Virus record (IMG/VR): IMGVR_UViG_2636415949_000001
Length of the DNA stretch: 20,000 bases
Reading direction: 5' to 3' (one strand)
Source of the DNA: an uncultured virus (IMG/VR IMGVR_UViG_2636415949_000001)
Taxonomy: Duplodnaviria; Heunggongvirae; Uroviricota; Caudoviricetes
A program made the position numbers and the translations under genes. Of this stretch, positions 17,125-20,000 are shown in pieces (the stretch's first letter is position 1; each line of letters opens with the position of its first letter). The notes below the pieces were generated by a model. That model had not been told where the DNA came from. It saw nothing but the letters and a program-made list of their open reading frames with translations, and ran no database searches.

Positions 17125-17127
17125 TTA

Positions 17128-17337
17128 TTGAACGGCGGCGAATTAGACGTACTCAAATATTTTTTAACGCAGGGACCGTTCGCGGTCCTTTTTACGTGGC
17201 TGCTGATTTACGTAATGAAATCGAACCGTGAGCGTGAATCGCGGCTACAAGATCTACTCGATAAGTTTAGCGATAAGTACGACGTCATCATCGACAAGAT
17301 TGATAGACTCGAAGAGAAATTCCGCGGAAGAGAATAA
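17128..17337 (+). CDS. bhlA: BhlA/UviB-family holin-like protein
   Basis: TQGPFAVLF.WLL.YVMK...ERE.RL signature, one TM helix plus coiled coil, TTG start after AGGAGG. Confidence 0.85.
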   Translation: MNGGELDVLKYFLTQGPFAVLFTWLLIYVMKSNRERESRLQDLLDKFSDKYDVIIDKIDRLEEKFRGRE

Positions 17338-17354
17338 CCGAATATACGCAACAC

Positions 17355-17386
17355 GCCCGTCAGGTGAGAGTCCTGGCGGGCTTTTT
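17355..17386 (+). terminator. Intrinsic terminator between bhlA and the endolysin gene
   Basis: GCCCGTCAGG-tgagagt-CCTGGCGGGC followed by TTTTT. Confidence 0.75.
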
Positions 17387-17413
17387 AAATTATGAAAAAG
17401 GAGACGATGAGAC

Positions 17414-18325
17414 ATGGTGAAAATCACAAAGGACTTTATTCCAGTAGGACACAATAACAGACCGGGATACGCAATGACACCGGCGTACATCACAGTTCAC
17501 AACACGGCGAACACAGCAAGAGGGGCAAACGCAGCCATGCACGCCCGATATGAGAAAAATCCGGAGACACCTACCAGCTGGCACTTTACAGTAGACGAAA
17601 AAGAGATTTACCAACACCTGCCATTGAATGAGAACGGCTGGCACGCGGGAGACGGAAACAGCGGAACCGGCAACCGAAAATCTATCGGCATTGAAATTTG
17701 TGAGAATAGCGATGGGGATTTTGAGAAAGCCGTGGCGAATGCTCAATGGTTGATCAAAAAGCTCATGAAGGAGCAGGGCATTTCCCTTGCAAATGTCGTT
17801 CCACATCAACACTGGTCGGGTAAGTATTGTCCGCGCAAATTGCTTGATCGGTGGGACTCTTTTAAGGCCGGTATAAGCGGCGCGCCATCTTCACCAGCGA
17901 AGACAGAAACCAAGACGTCCGGATCGACATATACCGTTAAGAAAGGCGACACTTTGTCCGAAATTGCGGTGAAAACAGGCGTCAGTATGGCGAAGTTACA
18001 AGCATACAATGGCATTAAGAATGCGAATAAGATTTCGGTCGGTCAAGTATTAAAACTGACGGGGGCGGGCGGCTCTTCTAAGCTGTCATCCAGCGGCAAG
18101 AAATACGTCTACCTTCCGGCGTCTGCCGCCTCATGGCGCATCTATCCTACGAATAAAGCGCCGGTCAAAGGGAACGAATGCGGATTATTGCGTCCTAAGA
18201 AATTCGGCGGCCTGAAGTACGAGGTTCTCGGTAATCCACAGACCGACGTGTACACGATCAAGACGGACCAGTTCGGAAAGGTAAATATCTATGCCGCGAA
18301 GTCCACAGGCGCAACAGTTAAATAA
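17414..18325 (+). CDS. xlyA: N-acetylmuramoyl-L-alanine amidase endolysin (Amidase_2, LysM and a C-terminal domain), XlyA-like
   Basis: ITVHNTAN, SWHFTVD, GWHAGDG, SIGIEICEN and PH..WSGK.CP motifs; LysM YTVKKGDTLSEIA...N.I.VGQVL. Confidence 0.88.
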   Translation: MVKITKDFIPVGHNNRPGYAMTPAYITVHNTANTARGANAAMHARYEKNPETPTSWHFTVDEKEIYQHLPLNENGWHAGDGNSGTGNRKSIGIEICENSDGDFEKAVANAQWLIKKLMKEQGISLANVVPHQHWSGKYCPRKLLDRWDSFKAGISGAPSSPAKTETKTSGSTYTVKKGDTLSEIAVKTGVSMAKLQAYNGIKNANKISVGQVLKLTGAGGSSKLSSSGKKYVYLPASAASWRIYPTNKAPVKGNECGLLRPKKFGGLKYEVLGNPQTDVYTIKTDQFGKVNIYAAKSTGATVK

Positions 18326-18345
18326 ACGAAAAGGGAGACGATAAT

Positions 18346-18603
18346 ATGGAAGAAGTATTAATTTTCGCGACTATCCTCGCGCCCATCCTAACGGCGCTCG
18401 TTCAGCTCGTTAAGAAAACCGTTAAGCTGCCGACGAATATTGTGCCGGCTCTCAGCTTCGTCATTGGTATCGGGTTGGGCGCGATTGCCTATCCGTTTAC
18501 TGACCTCGACTTGGTGCTACGTTTGTGGGCCGGCGGCTTTGCGGGTCTGGCAGCGACGGGTCTTTTTGAAATCGGAACAAAACGAGAGGGAACTACGAAA
18601 TAA
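18346..18603 (+). CDS. Holin (three hydrophobic segments)
   Basis: 85 aa, hydrophobic, with LVQLVKK..P and GLAATGLFE motifs. RBS AAGGGAG. Follows the endolysin gene. Confidence 0.82.
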   Translation: MEEVLIFATILAPILTALVQLVKKTVKLPTNIVPALSFVIGIGLGAIAYPFTDLDLVLRLWAGGFAGLAATGLFEIGTKREGTTK

Positions 18604-18619
18604 AATAACGAAACCTCTT

Positions 18620-18653
18620 GCGGGCACTTGCGTATGAATACGTAGGTGCCTGC
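18620..18653. terminator. 15-bp hairpin at the end of the late operon (no U-tract)
   Basis: GCGGGCACTTGCGTA-tgaa-TACGTAGGTGCCTGC. Confidence 0.5.
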
Positions 18654-18672
18654 GCTACATAACGAACAGGTA

Positions 18673-18702
18673 TTGCGGAAAAAGATGGTTGGATAGTATA
18701 AT
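18673..18702 (+). promoter_or_regulatory. SigA-type promoter of the moron membrane gene
   Basis: TTGCGG (18673-18678), 18-nt spacer, TATAAT (18697-18702), followed by RBS GGGGAGG and TTG 18731. Confidence 0.6.
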
Positions 18703-18730
18703 TTAACTACGAATAGGGGAGGCGTGGGAT

Positions 18731-19096
18731 TTGGAGAAGATTACTGTTAAGGTGCTCATGTATTTGAGCGTCATTTGTGTAGTAGCCGGAATTATTGCGG
18801 GGTTTGTAATATACGATAAGGACGTAGCAGAAGATGCGAAAACGAGTAAAAAGGTAAGCGAAGAACTATACGATAATTCTGTCGCTCAAGCGCAATACAA
18901 AACGGACAAAGCACTTGCGAACAGTATGCAGTCTTCCGTGTTCTTTAGCGTCTTGGCCGGCTTAGTATCCGGCGCTATTCTTTTCGGACTCGCGATCATT
19001 ATTCGAATCTTAGATGAAGCGAATAGTAGAGCGCATGAGTCCGCGAGTGATCTACGATTAATAAAAAACGATATTCGCGAACAAACTGCGAAATAA
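18731..19096 (+). CDS. Hypothetical two-TM membrane protein (moron)
   Basis: Hydrophobic segments at about aa 6-28 and 69-93 around a charged loop; own promoter, RBS and terminator. Confidence 0.7.
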   Translation: MEKITVKVLMYLSVICVVAGIIAGFVIYDKDVAEDAKTSKKVSEELYDNSVAQAQYKTDKALANSMQSSVFFSVLAGLVSGAILFGLAIIIRILDEANSRAHESASDLRLIKNDIREQTAK

Positions 19097-19102
19097 TAAA
19101 CA

Positions 19103-19133
19103 GCCCCGTCCTTAACCGGATGGGGCATTTTTT
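19103..19133. terminator. Terminator between the convergent moron and yolD-like genes
   Basis: GCCCCGTCC-ttaacc-GGATGGGGC followed by ATTTTTT on +; A-rich AATAATAAA on the left gives a U-rich tail on -. Confidence 0.75.
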
Positions 19134-19447
19134 ACGTTTATGATATCCGAAAACCTCACGAAATTAGTATCGCCTCGTGCGTCCTTCACGCGAAATTCCT
19201 TCCGTATATGATCCACGTAATGAACTGCACCGATTACTTCGCGTATGTATCCGTCGTCGTAAAGCTCAAACGACAAATCTACGCCTACTTCCATCGATTG
19301 CGCGACCGTCACTTCCATATCCTCGATCTGCTGCGCGTCCAGTTGCGGCTTCTCTACTTTAAGCTTCGCCTCGGCCAGTCTCTGAAAGCCTTCGCGTAAT
19401 TCCGGCAAGATAAAACTCGAAGCCCACAGTTTGTTATCGCTAGTCAT
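19112..19447 (-). CDS. YolD-like protein
   Basis: W.S.F.LPE, KP.LD..Q.E.M, Y..G......G.V..VD and F.DII.V motifs of the YolD family. RBS GGAGGT (19460-19455) places the start at ATG 19447. Confidence 0.82.
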   Translation of the reverse strand: MTSDNKLWASSFILPELREGFQRLAEAKLKVEKPQLDAQQIEDMEVTVAQSMEVGVDLSFELYDDGYIREVIGAVHYVDHIRKEFRVKDARGDTNFVRFSDIINVKNAPSG

Positions 19448-19466
19448 GCCGAACACCTCCGGCTTT

Positions 19467-19496
19467 ATTATATGCGAATGTGTGTTCGGTTATCAA
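19467..19496 (-). promoter_or_regulatory. SigA promoter with a LexA/DinR (Cheo/SOS) box in its spacer
   Basis: Minus strand reads TTGATA, 18 nt, TATAAT. The spacer contains CGAACACACATTCG (19488-19475), one mismatch from the B. subtilis consensus CGAACRNRYGTTCG. Confidence 0.8.
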
Positions 19497-19522
19497 TCGG
19501 AAATATTAGCCATAACGAGGAG

Positions 19523-19774
19523 CTATTGTTGTTCGTCTTTTTTAAAAGCGCTTCGCAATTTCTCTTCAATGGACTCTTCGTTGGTTTCAATTTTATATAA
19601 TAATTCGTAAAAATCATCTCGCAGCTTACTAATATTAGTTGCTAAATATCCGTCCATCTTTGAACCACTAAGTTCATAAATACGCGATTTTTCAAGATCT
19701 TTCAACCTGTTTTCTATATTATTAATTTCACGTCTGTACTTTTTGACGACTCCATTACCATTGTCCGTCGACAT
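19523..19774 (-). CDS. Hypothetical charged coiled-coil protein (83 aa)
   Basis: RBS GAGGAGGTGA precedes ATG 19774 (MSTDNGNG...). AT-rich, directly downstream of the HTH gene. Confidence 0.65.
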   Translation of the reverse strand: MSTDNGNGVVKKYRREINNIENRLKDLEKSRIYELSGSKMDGYLATNISKLRDDFYELLYKIETNEESIEEKLRSAFKKDEQQ

Positions 19775-19793
19775 TATATTCACCTCCTCTCGC

Positions 19794-20000
19794 TCACTCA
19801 CGAATTTCAAACAACTCATTCATATCTGTTATGTTAAGCTCTTTCGCAATTTTGGCAACATGCTCTCGGTTAAAAGATGTCCGCTGATTCGAGCAAAGCT
19901 CAGAGATAACGTTTCTTCTAATCCCTATTTTATCTGCGAACTTCATTTTCGGTATATTACGGCTGTCCAATATTTCTTCAAGCTTTATATAAAGCCGCAT
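19794..20000 (-). CDS. XRE/Cro-type helix-turn-helix regulator (start at the window edge)
   Basis: IKLEEILDSRNI....FADKIGIRRNVISELCSN.R.......KIAKEL.I....ELF pattern typical of small Cro/C1 HTH proteins. Confidence 0.8.
   Translation of the reverse strand: MRLYIKLEEILDSRNIPKMKFADKIGIRRNVISELCSNQRTSFNREHVAKIAKELNITDMNELFEIRE

Noticed and set aside
18604..20000. Prophage attachment site or right boundary
   Set aside because: No integrase, tRNA or recognisable host gene is present, and an att core cannot be identified without the other end of the element.

Overview
This window holds the late (virion morphogenesis and lysis) half of a Bacillus subtilis-group siphophage or prophage, almost all on the + strand. 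Gene order: minor head protein (partial), scaffold, major capsid, collagen-like head protein, head-tail joining genes, major tail protein, tail chaperone with a -1 slippery site, tape measure protein (TMP), glucosaminidase-Dit fusion, Tal-like protein, phi29 gp12-like tailspike, BppU-type fibre, XkdW/XkdX-like proteins, BhlA holin, XlyA-like endolysin and a second holin. A short accessory right end follows: a membrane-protein moron with its own promoter, a yolD-like gene with a LexA box in its promoter, a hypothetical gene and an XRE-type HTH gene. The main non-obvious feature is a complete 1074-nt group I intron (6331-7404) splitting the essential TMP gene. P1-P9 could be paired by hand, and splicing restores ...DLPQLG|DAMKFVAP... 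(932 aa). The intron's P5 loop encodes a putative homing endonuclease with two Zn-ribbon repeats and a Vsr-like PD-(D/E)xK domain, and its Shine-Dalgarno is buried in a 14-bp hairpin. Family names come from motif recognition and gene order, not from database searches.
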